From Candidatus Aminicenantes bacterium (lineage in GTDB: Bacteria; Acidobacteriota; Aminicenantia; UBA2199), in contig CAVYQZ010000006.1 of NCBI GenBank assembly GCA_963770755.1, positions 12,509 through 76,508 of the forward strand: DNA of 64,000 nucleotides. Reading direction: 5' to 3'. Position numbers and translations under genes: made by a program. The notes below the pieces were generated by a model. The model had not been told where the DNA came from and made no database searches. It worked only from the letters and a program-made list of their open reading frames with translations. Shown in pieces: positions 53,415 through 64,000 of the stretch (position 1 is the first letter of the stretch; the number at the start of each line of letters is the position of its first letter).

Positions 53415-56069
53415 ATGAAAAAAATGAATTATGTTTTTTTGACTCTGCTCATTATGCTAACCGGGACGGCTAGTCTTTCGGCTGCCCTGACATTTTCGCC
53501 GCCGGCGCCGAAGACCGGCGAGACGGTTACATTCAGTCTAAATCCTTCCGGCCCACCAGGTGACGCGATCAGCTGGAACTTCGGCGATGGCACCCCGGTG
53601 CAGACAAGCAGTAACCGGACAATGACCCATATCTATGCCGCGGTCGGCACGTATTCGGCCTCCGCGGGGTATTCCTTGCCGACCCACTACCAGGTCGATC
53701 GGGCGATGGTCACGGTCATTGATCAGCGCCAGGTCTTATTTTCGCCGTTGCAGCCCAAGGCCGGGCAGGCGGTCACTTTTACGGCGCAGAACTTCTTCTC
53801 GTCCTGCATCCGCTGGGACTTCGGCGACGGCACGGTGAAGAACGGCGCGGCCGCTGAAAGCCACACTTATGCCAGCGCCGGCAATTACACCGTGCACGCC
53901 TACGAGGAGTGCGGCAATACCTATGGAGCAGCGGTCGCCATCGCCGTTGCCGCCAAGGATGAGGAACCGCCGCCGATCACACCGACAAAACCCACCCTGG
54001 CCGTGGCTTTCCTCAACCTCTATTTCGCCGGCGGCAAGGCCGAGGCCAGCGTGGCCAAGGACTTCGCCGGCTTGCAGGCCTTCGCCGACATCCAGGTCGA
54101 AGGGATCGGCATACTGCAGTGGCAATGGCTGGTCGACAACATGGTGGTCAAGTCCGATACCATGGCCGTCAGCTTCGGCAACAAGTTCAGCCTCGATTCG
54201 GGCAAAATCCCAGGCCTGCCTACCGCCATTCCCGGCCGCCATGTTGTGACGCTGCGCTTCCAGCAGCCGGCAACCAGTTTCACTATCCCGGCCATCGGCT
54301 ATTTTGTGGGATTGCGCGGCCCGGCCCCGGTCATCCGCCGGGTGACGCCGGCGACTCTGGCCCCCGGCAAAGAGTATACCCTGGAGCTGGAAGGGGCCGA
54401 ACTGACCCAGGGCACCGAGATCTCATTCCCGGCGCCGCTGGCGCTGGTCAAAAAACCGGTCATCATGTCCTCGTCCCGGGCGCAGGCGACCGTGTTCGTA
54501 CCGCCCACGGCGGGAAACGGGTCGAAAGCGGTAAGTGCCTGGAACGAATACGGCAAGAGCAACGGCCCCGGCCAGGTGACGATCGCGGTGCCGGTACAGA
54601 CGCCAAAACTTCCCGACGCGAAGCCTTTCCCCGGCCCCAAGCCGCCTCTGATCACTACAGTATCGATTGATTGGTTCAAGGAGCAACTGAAAAAATCACC
54701 CGTCATCACCGGCGGAATCGATTGCTATCCCTATTCTTACGGTTCTTCAGCCTCCTATGGGCAGGTCAACATCTTCGTAAAAAAAGGCGGGGCCCCGGTA
54801 TCGGGCGCCGTTGTCAAGGTCGATGGCAACGTTATCCCCGAAAGCAACAATACACCTGGGCATTACTTCGCCGAACCGCAGTTGGCGCTTCAATCCGGGC
54901 ACATATTCACGACAACGGTGAAAATCGACGGCGTGACCTATAGCGGCAGCGGCGGCAAAATCGACACCATCGTCCACCTCACCAAGCCGGCGCACGGTTC
55001 GACCATTTATTTCAAGAAATTTCCCCAGTTCGATTGCAAGTGGACATTCAGCAACGGCCCCGCCCAGGTCCATCTGTACGCCCTGTACATCGGCCAACCC
55101 GGCAATAAGGGCATATTCGAGCAGGACCTGACCGCGGACCATGTCTCCATTCCCACGGATCCCATTCCCGGGGCCCAGGGCGAGCTCTACTTTTTCTTGG
55201 GCAGGCAGTATGCCGACATCAAATTCGACGGCCTGCTGGCTTTCACATCGGGTCTCCATGTTTATCAAAATTTTGGGCAGCCGCAGAGCAAGGCTGGCCT
55301 GTCGGATGTCGTCCTCGAGAAAACGCCGTTGGCGGTAAAAGCTCTGGAGGCGAAGCCTTCCCCCGGCCCAAAGCCGCCTGTGATCGATGATGTTTCCATT
55401 AACTGGTTCAAGGAGCAACTGAAAAAATCACCCGTCATCACCGGCGGCATCGATTTCTGTCGCTATGGGTATGATTCTGCCGCTGCCTCTGCCCAGATCA
55501 ATATTTTTATAAACAAGGGCGGAACTCCCGTTTCAGGCGCCGTTGTCAAGGTCGACGGCATCGTTATCCCCGAATGCAATGCGCCGTACCAATATTTCGC
55601 TGAACCGCAAATGGAGCTTGAACCCGGGCATGTGTTCACGATCACGGTGCAAATCGATGGCAAGACGTATACGGCCAGCGGCGGAAAAATCGATACTATT
55701 GTCAAGCTGACTCAGCCCCAGAACCATTCGACCATCTATTTCAAGAAATCCCCCCTATTCGATTGCAAGTGGACATTCAGCAATGGCCCTGCTCAGGTTC
55801 ACCTGTATGTCCTGTATATCGGCCAACCCGCCAATAAAGGCATTTTCGAGCAAGACCTGACCGAGGACCATATCTCCATCCCCACGGCTCCCATTCCCGG
55901 CGCCCAGGGCTATCTCTACTTTTTTTTAGGAAGGCAATATGCCGACATCAAGTTTGACGGTCTGCTGGCATTCACATCGGGCGTCCATGTTTATCAAAAC
56001 TACGGGCATCCGCAGAGCGACGCCGGCCTGTCGGATATCGTCCTCGAGAAAGCCCCGCTGAAAAAGTGA
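53415..56069 (+). CDS. Secreted PKD-domain adhesin-like protein with two C-terminal repeats of about 244 aa
   Basis: WNFGDG and WDFGDG PKD motifs, IPT-like PVIRRVTP; repeats start at 54618 and 55350. Confidence 0.85.
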   Translation: MKKMNYVFLTLLIMLTGTASLSAALTFSPPAPKTGETVTFSLNPSGPPGDAISWNFGDGTPVQTSSNRTMTHIYAAVGTYSASAGYSLPTHYQVDRAMVTVIDQRQVLFSPLQPKAGQAVTFTAQNFFSSCIRWDFGDGTVKNGAAAESHTYASAGNYTVHAYEECGNTYGAAVAIAVAAKDEEPPPITPTKPTLAVAFLNLYFAGGKAEASVAKDFAGLQAFADIQVEGIGILQWQWLVDNMVVKSDTMAVSFGNKFSLDSGKIPGLPTAIPGRHVVTLRFQQPATSFTIPAIGYFVGLRGPAPVIRRVTPATLAPGKEYTLELEGAELTQGTEISFPAPLALVKKPVIMSSSRAQATVFVPPTAGNGSKAVSAWNEYGKSNGPGQVTIAVPVQTPKLPDAKPFPGPKPPLITTVSIDWFKEQLKKSPVITGGIDCYPYSYGSSASYGQVNIFVKKGGAPVSGAVVKVDGNVIPESNNTPGHYFAEPQLALQSGHIFTTTVKIDGVTYSGSGGKIDTIVHLTKPAHGSTIYFKKFPQFDCKWTFSNGPAQVHLYALYIGQPGNKGIFEQDLTADHVSIPTDPIPGAQGELYFFLGRQYADIKFDGLLAFTSGLHVYQNFGQPQSKAGLSDVVLEKTPLAVKALEAKPSPGPKPPVIDDVSINWFKEQLKKSPVITGGIDFCRYGYDSAAASAQINIFINKGGTPVSGAVVKVDGIVIPECNAPYQYFAEPQMELEPGHVFTITVQIDGKTYTASGGKIDTIVKLTQPQNHSTIYFKKSPLFDCKWTFSNGPAQVHLYVLYIGQPANKGIFEQDLTEDHISIPTAPIPGAQGYLYFFLGRQYADIKFDGLLAFTSGVHVYQNYGHPQSDAGLSDIVLEKAPLKK

Positions 56070-56131
56070 TTAGCGCCACTCCCGCCCAGGCGTCAGAGGC
56101 GCAGCCTGCCGAATACTGACGAGGGGCTGAA

Positions 56132-56251
56132 ATGAAGGGCAAAATCCTGGTGGTGTACGCCAGCAAGTACGGCGAGACGAAAGAGATCGCCTATGCCTAC
56201 GAGCAGGGAACCAAGCAGCGCCGGGCGCCGAAGTTCCTGGCAACCGATTGA
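56132..56251 (+). pseudogene. 39-aa chimera: flavodoxin N-terminus joined to the amidase C-terminus (repeat copy B)
   Basis: MKGKILVVYASKYGETKEIA joined to [19 protein letters not shown]. Confidence 0.8.
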
Positions 56252-56259
56252 TCTAGGAA

Positions 56260-56337
56260 AGAAGACAGAAAACAGAGGGCAGAGGACAGATTCCTTTTCT
56301 CTGTCTTCTGTTATCTGTTTTCTGTCATCTGTCCTCT
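56260..56337. repeat. Inverted heptamer arrays forming a long hairpin between convergent genes
   Basis: AGAagac AGAaaac AGAgggc AGAggac AGA ... TCTgtct TCTgtta TCTgttt TCTgtca TCTgtcc TCT. Confidence 0.8.
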
Positions 56338-56348
56338 ATTTTTCTTCT

Positions 56349-57710
56349 TCAACCGGACCCTTTCCCGCCCGGCCAGGGCGAAAAACGGAACCAGCCGTTC
56401 AGCAGCGAGATGAGCCAAAACAGGGCCATACCGCCCAGGCAAATGGCCATGGCCCACCAGGAGCCCAGCTCGATGATCAGAAAGGGCGCCGCCGCCGTCA
56501 GCAGGCCGCCGCCCAGGATGGGCTCATAGACCATCTGCTTGAAGCCGAAGGCCTCGGCCGTGCCGGTGTCGTAGAGGGGGTCGACGAGGCGCAGCAGCAG
56601 CAGGCCCATGGCCGTGACGCCGCTCTGCATACCGAATTCGGTGATGCCGCGCTCCAGCCAGAACTGCGGAAACATACGCGGCGCCAGGAAAAACATGGCG
56701 AAGAAGAGCCAGGCGATGCCCACAGCCATCAGGATGACGAAGGGCCAAAGATGGGCAACAAAGAGGTCGAGGCGGATGGTGGCAATGGCGGCGACCACGA
56801 GCATTTCCAGGGAAAAGCCAAGGATACGTTCAAAGGTGTCGCGATCGAAATAGCGGGCCAGGCGCAGGGGCTTGGCCAGGAGCTGTATGACCAGGCCGCC
56901 GATCATGGCCAGGGGGAAAAGAGGGAAACCGCGCAGCAGGGGATGCAGACCGCGGACCGGCCCCAGCATGGCCCAGCCCAGCAGCACCGCCAGGGCGACC
57001 AGGGCGAAATGAAAGGCCAGGGGTTCCAGGGATTCGGGGGCCACCGTGGCCCGGGCGATCGAAAAGCCCTCGCTCTTTTCAAGCAGTCCTGAGTGGGAGC
57101 GCAGCGGTTTGCCGGCGCCGGCCAGGGTGCGATAGCCCCGGCGCACAACGATATTGATGACCAGGATGCCGCCGAGTATCGCGGTGATGATGCCGACCGT
57201 GGCCGACATCTGCGCCAGGGCCGAACCGGCCGGAAACCCGACCTGCTGGAAGACCTCGTTCATGCCCGCGGCCGTGCCGTGGCCGCCGGAAAAGCCGATC
57301 TCCAGGATGGTGGCGAAAACGGCCGGTACGCCGAAGAACGGGGTGAGGAACAGGGCCGTGACCAGCAGTGCCCAGGCGTATTGGCCCAGACCGATGACCA
57401 TGCCGAAACAGAGCTGGGCGCCGCCCCGGCTCCAGAGCGCCCGGGCCCCGGGCAGGGCCACGCCGAGAAAGAGGCAGGCGAAAACCAGGTTGATCAGCAG
57501 GCCGGGCAGGGGGGTCCAATTGACGGTCACCCAGGCGGGCAGCAGGTCGAGCAGGTAGGGACCGCTGATCAGGGCGATGAAGCCGCCGAGGATCGATGCC
57601 GGCAGAAAGAGTGCCTGGAAAGGGCGCACCGCTACGCGCAGGGCCTTGCCCAGCAGCAGGAAGACGCCCAGCAGGCAGAAGCTGAAAAACATGGCCTGGA
57701 TGCCTTCCAT
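56349..57710 (-). CDS. gltS: Sodium:glutamate symporter family protein
   Basis: LFLPASILGG, GFSGGHGTAAG, GVTAMGLLL. Confidence 0.85.
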   Translation of the reverse strand: MEGIQAMFFSFCLLGVFLLLGKALRVAVRPFQALFLPASILGGFIALISGPYLLDLLPAWVTVNWTPLPGLLINLVFACLFLGVALPGARALWSRGGAQLCFGMVIGLGQYAWALLVTALFLTPFFGVPAVFATILEIGFSGGHGTAAGMNEVFQQVGFPAGSALAQMSATVGIITAILGGILVINIVVRRGYRTLAGAGKPLRSHSGLLEKSEGFSIARATVAPESLEPLAFHFALVALAVLLGWAMLGPVRGLHPLLRGFPLFPLAMIGGLVIQLLAKPLRLARYFDRDTFERILGFSLEMLVVAAIATIRLDLFVAHLWPFVILMAVGIAWLFFAMFFLAPRMFPQFWLERGITEFGMQSGVTAMGLLLLRLVDPLYDTGTAEAFGFKQMVYEPILGGGLLTAAAPFLIIELGSWWAMAICLGGMALFWLISLLNGWFRFSPWPGGKGSG

Positions 57711-57785
57711 GGTGGGAATACTCCTATCTGTTTCTCACGCCGGCAGGCCGTGGCCTGCGTGCTTTCCTGGGCGGTGAAGCACGTT

Positions 57786-58727
57786 TTATTTTGACTGGCG
57801 CAGGAATTTCAGGAATTCGGCGTCGGTGGACATGATCAGGACGGTCTCGCCGTCCATGATCTCGCGGTAAGCGTCGAGCGTCTTGATGAACTGGTAGAAG
57901 GCCGGGTCGCGGTTGTAGGCGGCGGCGTAGATCTGGGTGGCCTGGGCGTCGGCCTTGCCCATGGTCTCCTGTCCCTGGCGATAGGCCTCCGACTCGATAC
58001 GCTTGGCTTCGCGCTCCCGCTGGCCGCGGATCTCGGCGCTCTTGCCGTCGCCCTCGGAGCGGTAGCGTTCGGCGATACGTTTCCTTTCGGAGATCATGCG
58101 GTCGAAGACCTTGCGCTGCACGTCGTCGACGTAATTGACCCGCTTCAGCTTGACGTCGCGCAGCTCGATGCCGTACTCGGGTGTGATGGCCGATGCGGCC
58201 TTGAGGATGATGGCGTTAATGTTTTCGCGTCCGACTTCGACTTTTTCCAGCACAGTGGCCACATCGAGAAACTCCTGCAGTTCGCCGGTGGTTTCGAAGG
58301 GGCGATTGGAGGAGCGTACGATCTCGATCAGGTTGTTATTGGCGATGGCATTGCGCGTCTCGCCGTCAATGATGTCGTCGAGGCGCGAATACGCCCCGCG
58401 TTCGTCGCGTACGCGTTGAAAGAAGACCAGCGGATCGCTGATGCGCCAGCGGGCGTAGGTGTCGACCCAGATGTACTTCTTGTCCTTGGTCGGGATCTGG
58501 TTGGAGTCGCCGTCCCATTCGAGCCAGCGCTTCTCGAAAACATGGGTCTTCTGAATGAAGGGCAGCTTGAAGTGCAGTCCGGGGTTCATGATGGCACCGC
58601 CCACCGGTTGACCGAACTGGGTCACGATGACCTGGTTGGTTTCGGAAATGATAAAAAAAGCATCATTCAATATAATCAGGGTCAGCAGGGCGACGACCAC
58701 GGCGATGATTGCGATTGTCTGTTTCAT
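57786..58727 (-). CDS. hflC: Protease modulator HflC
   Basis: PGLHFKLPFIQ, TKDKK, RMISER..YRSEG. Confidence 0.93.
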   Translation of the reverse strand: MKQTIAIIAVVVALLTLIILNDAFFIISETNQVIVTQFGQPVGGAIMNPGLHFKLPFIQKTHVFEKRWLEWDGDSNQIPTKDKKYIWVDTYARWRISDPLVFFQRVRDERGAYSRLDDIIDGETRNAIANNNLIEIVRSSNRPFETTGELQEFLDVATVLEKVEVGRENINAIILKAASAITPEYGIELRDVKLKRVNYVDDVQRKVFDRMISERKRIAERYRSEGDGKSAEIRGQREREAKRIESEAYRQGQETMGKADAQATQIYAAAYNRDPAFYQFIKTLDAYREIMDGETVLIMSTDAEFLKFLRQSK

Positions 58728-59716
58728 TTTTTCACCTCCTTCTTCAACTCCTCGCCCAGGTTGAGGAGCGGCAGGACGTTCTTCTGTTTCTCATCGACGA
58801 TCACCTTGCGGCCGATCTTGGGCATGATCTCGTTGATCGTTTCCAGGTAGAGGCGCTTGCGGGTTACGTCCGGAGCCTTGACGTATTCCCGGTGCATGGC
58901 GATGAAACGCTCGGCCTCGCCGCGGGCACGGTTGACGCGGGCCAGGGCGTAACCCTCGGCGCGGCGCAGGATCTCTTCGGCCTCGCCGGAGACCCTGGGT
59001 ATGGTCTGGTTGTAATCCGACCAGGCTTCGTTGATCTTGCGCTCTTTTTCCTGCAGCGACTGGTTGACCTCGTTGAACGACGGCTTGACCTGTTCGGGGG
59101 GATTAACATCCTGGAAGATCAACTGCTTGACGTCGATGCCGATCTCGTACAGGTTGCAAAGCTCCTGCAGCAGGTCCTTGGCTTCGGATGCGATCCGGGC
59201 CCGGCCGATGGTCAGGACCTCGTCGACGCTGTTGTCGCCGATGACTTTGCGGATCACGGCTTCGTTCATGTAACGGAAGGTATTGTTGACGCTGCGCACT
59301 TTGAACAGGTACTTGTAGGGGTCGCGGATCTGGTACTGCACGATCCATTCGGCGTCCACGACATTCAGGTCGCCGGTAAGCATGACCGCCTCTTTCTTGG
59401 CGTCCACCGGGGTGGCGTAGCGGGTGGTAATATTAGGCTCCATGGTGCGGAAGCCGAATTCCATCTTCAGCTGCCGCTGCACCGGTACCTTGATCAGTTC
59501 CTCGATGCCCAGGGGAAATTTGAAGTTCAGCCCCGGTTCGCTGGTGCGCTGGTACTTGCCGAAGCGCAGGACCACGCCCACCTCCTCCGGTTGGACCTGG
59601 TAAACGGAGCCGACAACGATGATCAACGCGAAAACGATCAGCGCCGCGATCCAAACTGATTTTTTGGATATGGCCGGCCACTTGATCTGTTCCAGCCTTT
59701 GAAAATCATAGCTCAT
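58724..59716 (-). CDS. hflK: Protease modulator HflK
   Basis: GVVLRFGK, MLTGDLN, PPEQV, APDVTRKRLYLET. Confidence 0.93.
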   Translation of the reverse strand: MSYDFQRLEQIKWPAISKKSVWIAALIVFALIIVVGSVYQVQPEEVGVVLRFGKYQRTSEPGLNFKFPLGIEELIKVPVQRQLKMEFGFRTMEPNITTRYATPVDAKKEAVMLTGDLNVVDAEWIVQYQIRDPYKYLFKVRSVNNTFRYMNEAVIRKVIGDNSVDEVLTIGRARIASEAKDLLQELCNLYEIGIDVKQLIFQDVNPPEQVKPSFNEVNQSLQEKERKINEAWSDYNQTIPRVSGEAEEILRRAEGYALARVNRARGEAERFIAMHREYVKAPDVTRKRLYLETINEIMPKIGRKVIVDEKQKNVLPLLNLGEELKKEVKK

Positions 59717-59870
59717 GATAACCTCCTCTTAGCCTGCTGCAAGGCGGTGAAGGATAATGCTTGCAGCCAAGTATGAATATCACTATACCTGAATAACTTT
59801 TTTTCCGCAAACCGGTCCGCTGCGGCGGCCTCTGATTAAAAAGGGCTTCCGTTTATGCTAAAATAAAACA

Positions 59871-60929
59871 ATGCCAATGAAACTGCTGCTGTTCGTGCTG
59901 GGATTGATGCTGCTGGTGAAGGGGGCGAACTACTTCGTGAAAGCGGCGGCCGAACTGGCCAAGAAGCTCGGCGTCTCGGAGTTTGTCATCGGCCTGACTC
60001 TGGTAGCGCTGGGAACTTCCGTGCCCGAGCTCGGCTCGGCGCTGGCGGCCGTCTTCAGGAAACAGGGCGGCCTGGTGCTGGGCACGGTCATCGGCGCCAA
60101 CGTGGCCAACATGCTCTTGATCACCGGCCTGGCCGGACTGCTCGCGGCCGTGCGCACGCGCAGGGAAATGATCGCTCGCGACGGCTACATCATGTTCGGC
60201 GCGACCGCGCTGTTCTGCCTGTTCGCCTGGAACGGCACCTTCTCGCGGCTCGAGGCGGCGGCCATGCTCCTGGTCTATGTCACCTACACGCTGTTTCTTT
60301 TCACGGCCAAGGCGGGCCTGGAGGAACAGTACGATTTCCGGCGCTTCCTGAACTACCTGTTCCGTTTCCAGTATATTCTGACCATCCGCGATGTCGTCCG
60401 CACCGGTTTTGGACGACGCCGGGGCAGCGGCGCGGTCAGCGTTGCTGACAGAAAAATCCAGAGGGCCTTTCGCGAGGGTGTGGTCAAAGACCTGCTGGTG
60501 ATGCTGGCCAGTGGAGCGGCCATCGCCTTCGGGGCCGATCTCTTCGTCGGTTCGGCTGTTTTTTTCGCCGAGATGATGAAGGTCCCGCCACTGACGATCG
60601 GCGCCAGCATCGTCTCCCTGGGCACGACGCTGCCCGAGATGAGCGTCACGGTAGCGGCCGCCAGGAAGGGCTTCGGCAATATCGCCCTGGGCAATGTCCT
60701 GGGCTCGTGCATCACCAACATCGGACTGATCGTCGGCGCCTCGGGCCTGGTTTACCCCTTGGCTGCGGACAGGGCGCATCTGCCCTTGCTGTTGGGCTTT
60801 CTCTTTTTTTCCAGCATGCTCCTCCTGGTCATGATTCGCAGCGCCTGGCGCGTCCGCCGTTGGGAAGGGGCCATACTGCTGGCCCTGTACGTGGCTTACG
60901 CGGCGCTGCTTTTTTCTTCCATAATCTGA
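59871..60929 (+). CDS. Calcium/sodium antiporter (YrbG family)
   Basis: Alpha repeats GTSVPE and GTTLPE..GNVLGS. Confidence 0.9.
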   Translation: MPMKLLLFVLGLMLLVKGANYFVKAAAELAKKLGVSEFVIGLTLVALGTSVPELGSALAAVFRKQGGLVLGTVIGANVANMLLITGLAGLLAAVRTRREMIARDGYIMFGATALFCLFAWNGTFSRLEAAAMLLVYVTYTLFLFTAKAGLEEQYDFRRFLNYLFRFQYILTIRDVVRTGFGRRRGSGAVSVADRKIQRAFREGVVKDLLVMLASGAAIAFGADLFVGSAVFFAEMMKVPPLTIGASIVSLGTTLPEMSVTVAAARKGFGNIALGNVLGSCITNIGLIVGASGLVYPLAADRAHLPLLLGFLFFSSMLLLVMIRSAWRVRRWEGAILLALYVAYAALLFSSII

Positions 60930-61103
60930 AGAAATTCCTCCAGGTTCCTTGACGAAGCGACCGTGGCTGGGGTATCATTCATTCAGGTTCCGGCTGGACC
61001 GTTGCGTTCAACGAGGAAAGGAAATTCAGCGAATCATCGCGGACGGCGTGCCGGCACGCCGCGTCAAAAAGGGAACGGGAGCCGAATTTAAAATGAGGTA
61101 AAT

Positions 61104-63308
61104 ATGGCCAGACTGCTGATCGTTTCCAACCGCCTGCCCGTCACCATTACCCGTGAGAGCGGCGAATACCGTTTTCAGCCGAGTGCCGGCGGCCTGGCCA
61201 CGGGCTTGAAATCGTTCCTTAATCACCAGAGAAATCTTCCGGAAACTCAATTGAAATATTTGTGGGTCGGCTGGCCCGGGATCACGATCCAGGATAAAAA
61301 GGAAACCGATGTCCTGAAAAAAAAGCTGTGCAAATTGAATCAGTGGCCTGTTTTCCTTTCCGAAACCGAGATGGAGAATTTTTATCACGGTTTTTGCAAC
61401 AAGACCATCTGGCCGCTTTTTCATTATTTCCCGTCCTACGTCGATTATAAAAAGGAATTCTGGCTGGATTTCATCAAGGTCAACCGCATCTTTTACGACG
61501 CCCTGCTGGAGATCGTCCGGGACGACGATACCATCTGGATCCACGACTACCACCTGATGCTGCTGCCACAGATGATCCGCGAAAAATTCCCCAAGGTCAA
61601 GATCGGCTTCTTCCTGCATATCCCCTTTCCCACTTTTGAGATTTTTCGATTGTTGCCGGGCGAGTGGCGCCGGGAGATCCTGAGCGGCATCCTGGGGGCG
61701 GACCTGGTTGGATTTCACACCAATGACTATACCCAGTACTTTTTACGCTGCGCATTGCGCATCCTGGGCCTGGAACACGATATGGGACGGATCATGCTGG
61801 AGGACCGGCTGGTGATGGTCGAGACCTTCCCGATGGGTATCGATTTCCAATCTTTCCACAATGCCGGCAGGGAAAAAGCAGTCAAAAAAGAAAAGTTCCG
61901 GCTCAAAAAAGAATTAAAAAAAACAAAGACCATCCTCTCCATCGATCGCCTGGATTATTCCAAGGGCATCATCAACCGCCTGCAGGGCTTCGAACTTTTT
62001 CTGGAGCAGTACCCCGACTGGCGCGAGAAGGCGCAGCTGGTCATGGTCGTGGTCCCTTCGCGGGCCGGGGTTACCCACTATGCACGCACCAAGAAACAAA
62101 TCGATGAAGCGGTCGGCAAGATCAACGGCAAATATGCCACCCTGACCTGGACGCCGATTTTATACCAATTCAGGTCTTTGCCTTTTTCCTCACTGGTCGC
62201 GCTCTACTCCCTGTGTGACGTCGGGCTGGTCACGCCGCTGCGTGACGGCATGAACCTGGTCGCCAAGGAGTATGTCGCCAGCAAGTCTGAGAGCGTCGGC
62301 GTCCTGATCCTGAGCGAAAAGGCCGGCGCCGCTGAGGAGTTGGGCGAAGCCATCGTGATCAATCCCTTCTACATCGAGGAAATCGCCAAGGCTATTGCCG
62401 AGGCACTGGCGATCCCTGAAGACGAACAGTTGAAGAGGCTGAAAGCCATGCAAGTTCGGCTGCAGCGCTACGACGTGGTGCAATGGGCTCGGGATTTCAT
62501 GCGCCATCTGGAACTCATCCGCGAAGCCCAGAAAAAAGTGGAGATCCGCATGCTCGGCGGCTGCCGCGAGCAGCTTTTGGACGCTTACCGTCGGGCCCGC
62601 AAGCGCCTGATCTGTCTGGATTACGACGGGACGCTGGTGCCGATCGTCAAGCACTATGCCCTGGCGGCGCCGGACAAGGAAATACTGCAACTGCTCGAGA
62701 CGCTCAGCGCCAATGCCAGCAACTGCCTCGTTATCGTGACCGGCCGTGACCGTAAAACCATCGCCGACTGGATAAAAATTAAAAACTGCAGTTTCGTTGC
62801 CGAGCACGGCGCCTGGCTGAAGGAAGGTGGCGGTAAATGGTTCAAGGCCAAGGCCCTGACCGCGGAATGGAAGGAACAGATCCTGCCGCTGCTGGAAATC
62901 ACCGTGGACCGCCTGCCCGGGTCCTTTATCGAGGAAAAAGAATTTTCGCTGACCTGGCATTTCCGCAACACCGACCCGGAATTGGGGTTATTGCGGGCCA
63001 AGGAGCTGATGGATTACCTTATCAGCTTCACCGCCAACCAGGATCTCCAGGTTCTGCAGGGGAAAAAAGTGGTCGAAATCCGCAATGCCGGGATCAGCAA
63101 GGGGCTGGCGGCGGCGTACTGGCTGGAAAAAAAGGAGTTTGATTTTATCCTGGCGGCTGGCGACGACTGGACCGACGAGGATCTCTTCAAGGTCTTGCCA
63201 GAAACGGCTTATTCCATTAAAGTAGGCATCTCGTCTTCCCAGGCCCGCTTCAATGTGATCAACTATAAAGATATCCGCAAATTGATCGAGGAGTTAAATA
63301 AAAATTAA
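61104..63308 (+). CDS. otsAB: Bifunctional trehalose-6-phosphate synthase/phosphatase
   Basis: [33 protein letters not shown] motifs DYDGTL and GDDWTDED. Confidence 0.95.
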   Translation: MARLLIVSNRLPVTITRESGEYRFQPSAGGLATGLKSFLNHQRNLPETQLKYLWVGWPGITIQDKKETDVLKKKLCKLNQWPVFLSETEMENFYHGFCNKTIWPLFHYFPSYVDYKKEFWLDFIKVNRIFYDALLEIVRDDDTIWIHDYHLMLLPQMIREKFPKVKIGFFLHIPFPTFEIFRLLPGEWRREILSGILGADLVGFHTNDYTQYFLRCALRILGLEHDMGRIMLEDRLVMVETFPMGIDFQSFHNAGREKAVKKEKFRLKKELKKTKTILSIDRLDYSKGIINRLQGFELFLEQYPDWREKAQLVMVVVPSRAGVTHYARTKKQIDEAVGKINGKYATLTWTPILYQFRSLPFSSLVALYSLCDVGLVTPLRDGMNLVAKEYVASKSESVGVLILSEKAGAAEELGEAIVINPFYIEEIAKAIAEALAIPEDEQLKRLKAMQVRLQRYDVVQWARDFMRHLELIREAQKKVEIRMLGGCREQLLDAYRRARKRLICLDYDGTLVPIVKHYALAAPDKEILQLLETLSANASNCLVIVTGRDRKTIADWIKIKNCSFVAEHGAWLKEGGGKWFKAKALTAEWKEQILPLLEITVDRLPGSFIEEKEFSLTWHFRNTDPELGLLRAKELMDYLISFTANQDLQVLQGKKVVEIRNAGISKGLAAAYWLEKKEFDFILAAGDDWTDEDLFKVLPETAYSIKVGISSSQARFNVINYKDIRKLIEELNKN

Positions 63309-63309
63309 A

Positions 63310-64000
63310 ATGTGGACAAATTTTTCACACGTGATCGCGCCACTGTGTTTTATCGCCGGTGCCGCCGTTCTTGGTTTCATCGCCAAAAGGATCATTTTAA
63401 AGAAAATCGAAAAACTGGCCCGGCGGACAAGTTGGAAAGGAGACGACATCCTGATCGCCGCCCTCAGAAGATGGATCGTCTGGTGGTTTCTTTTTGCCGG
63501 TGCCTATCTGGCTACGCTGAGCGCCCCCGTGGAAATCGCTCTACTGAAACTGCTCCACAGTCTCATCCTGATCCTGGCCCTCTTGAGTTTGACTGTTTTT
63601 GCTTCCAACCTCAGCGTGAATTTTGTCAATTTGTACTCCGAGAATTTAAAGGAGTCCATTCCCCGAACGACCATCTTCGCCAACCTGACCAGGGTTTTAG
63701 TTTTCATGATCGGTCTTTTGATCATTTTCAATTCCCTGGGCATCTCCATTGCCCCCATTCTCACCGGCCTGGGCATCGGCGGTCTGGCCGTCGCCCTGGC
63801 CATGCAGGAAACGCTGGCCAACCTTTTTTCCGGACTGCAGATTATCGCTTCCAAGCAGATCCGGCCGGGAGATTACATTCGCCTGGAGAGCGGCGAAGAG
63901 GGGTTTGTCGTCGACATCAACTGGCGCAATACCACGGTGCGCGAGCTCGGCAACAACGTGAACATCATCCCCAACTCGCGCATAGCCAAGACCATCATTA
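63310..64000 (+). CDS. mscS: MscS mechanosensitive channel, running off the window
   Basis: Read from ATG 63310: MWTNFSHVIAP..GLGIGGLAVALAMQETLANLFSG..G.VVDINWRNT..IIPN. Confidence 0.88.
   Translation, partial: MWTNFSHVIAPLCFIAGAAVLGFIAKRIILKKIEKLARRTSWKGDDILIAALRRWIVWWFLFAGAYLATLSAPVEIALLKLLHSLILILALLSLTVFASNLSVNFVNLYSENLKESIPRTTIFANLTRVLVFMIGLLIIFNSLGISIAPILTGLGIGGLAVALAMQETLANLFSGLQIIASKQIRPGDYIRLESGEEGFVVDINWRNTTVRELGNNVNIIPNSRIAKTII

Noticed and set aside
54618-56066. DGR template/variable repeat pair
   Set aside because: Both copies are in frame in one ORF, the differences are not adenine-specific, and there is no reverse transcriptase in the window.

Overview
Bacterial chromosomal window of mixed GC content, rich in secreted peptidases, TPR proteins and lipoproteins. 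The gene content is suggestive of an Aminicenantes/Acidobacteriota-like anaerobe, but this is an inference only. Layout: (1) 0.2-3.5 kb, a low-GC four-gene defence-like operon (HigB, HigA fused to an ImmA-type peptidase, two tandem HNH nucleases). (2) 3.8-28.9 kb, mostly housekeeping genes (TPR, PBP, aminotransferase, gmhA, plsC, gdhA, PAS hybrid kinase, fabF plus a FabX-like flavoprotein, an ABC pair, EamA, DUF255), with two clusters of frameshifts. (3) About 29-47 kb, an accessory hotspot with two HUH Y1 (RAYT-like) transposases, each framed by its own inverted repeats, plus many orphan copies of those ends separating unrelated single genes, including a B1 metallo-beta-lactamase and a KamA-like radical SAM enzyme. 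(4) 47-56 kb, hydrolases and a beta-barrel plus PKD-adhesin pair bracketed by a duplicated amidase 3' end. (5) 56-64 kb, gltS, hflKC, a Na/Ca antiporter, otsAB and a partial mscS. The best candidates for new biology are the transposase-end-delimited cassette-like array, a 53-bp structured mini-element with three filled sites and one empty site, and the HigBA-ImmA/dual-HNH operon. No rRNA, tRNA or CRISPR array was seen. All calls come from reading motifs by eye; no database search was run.
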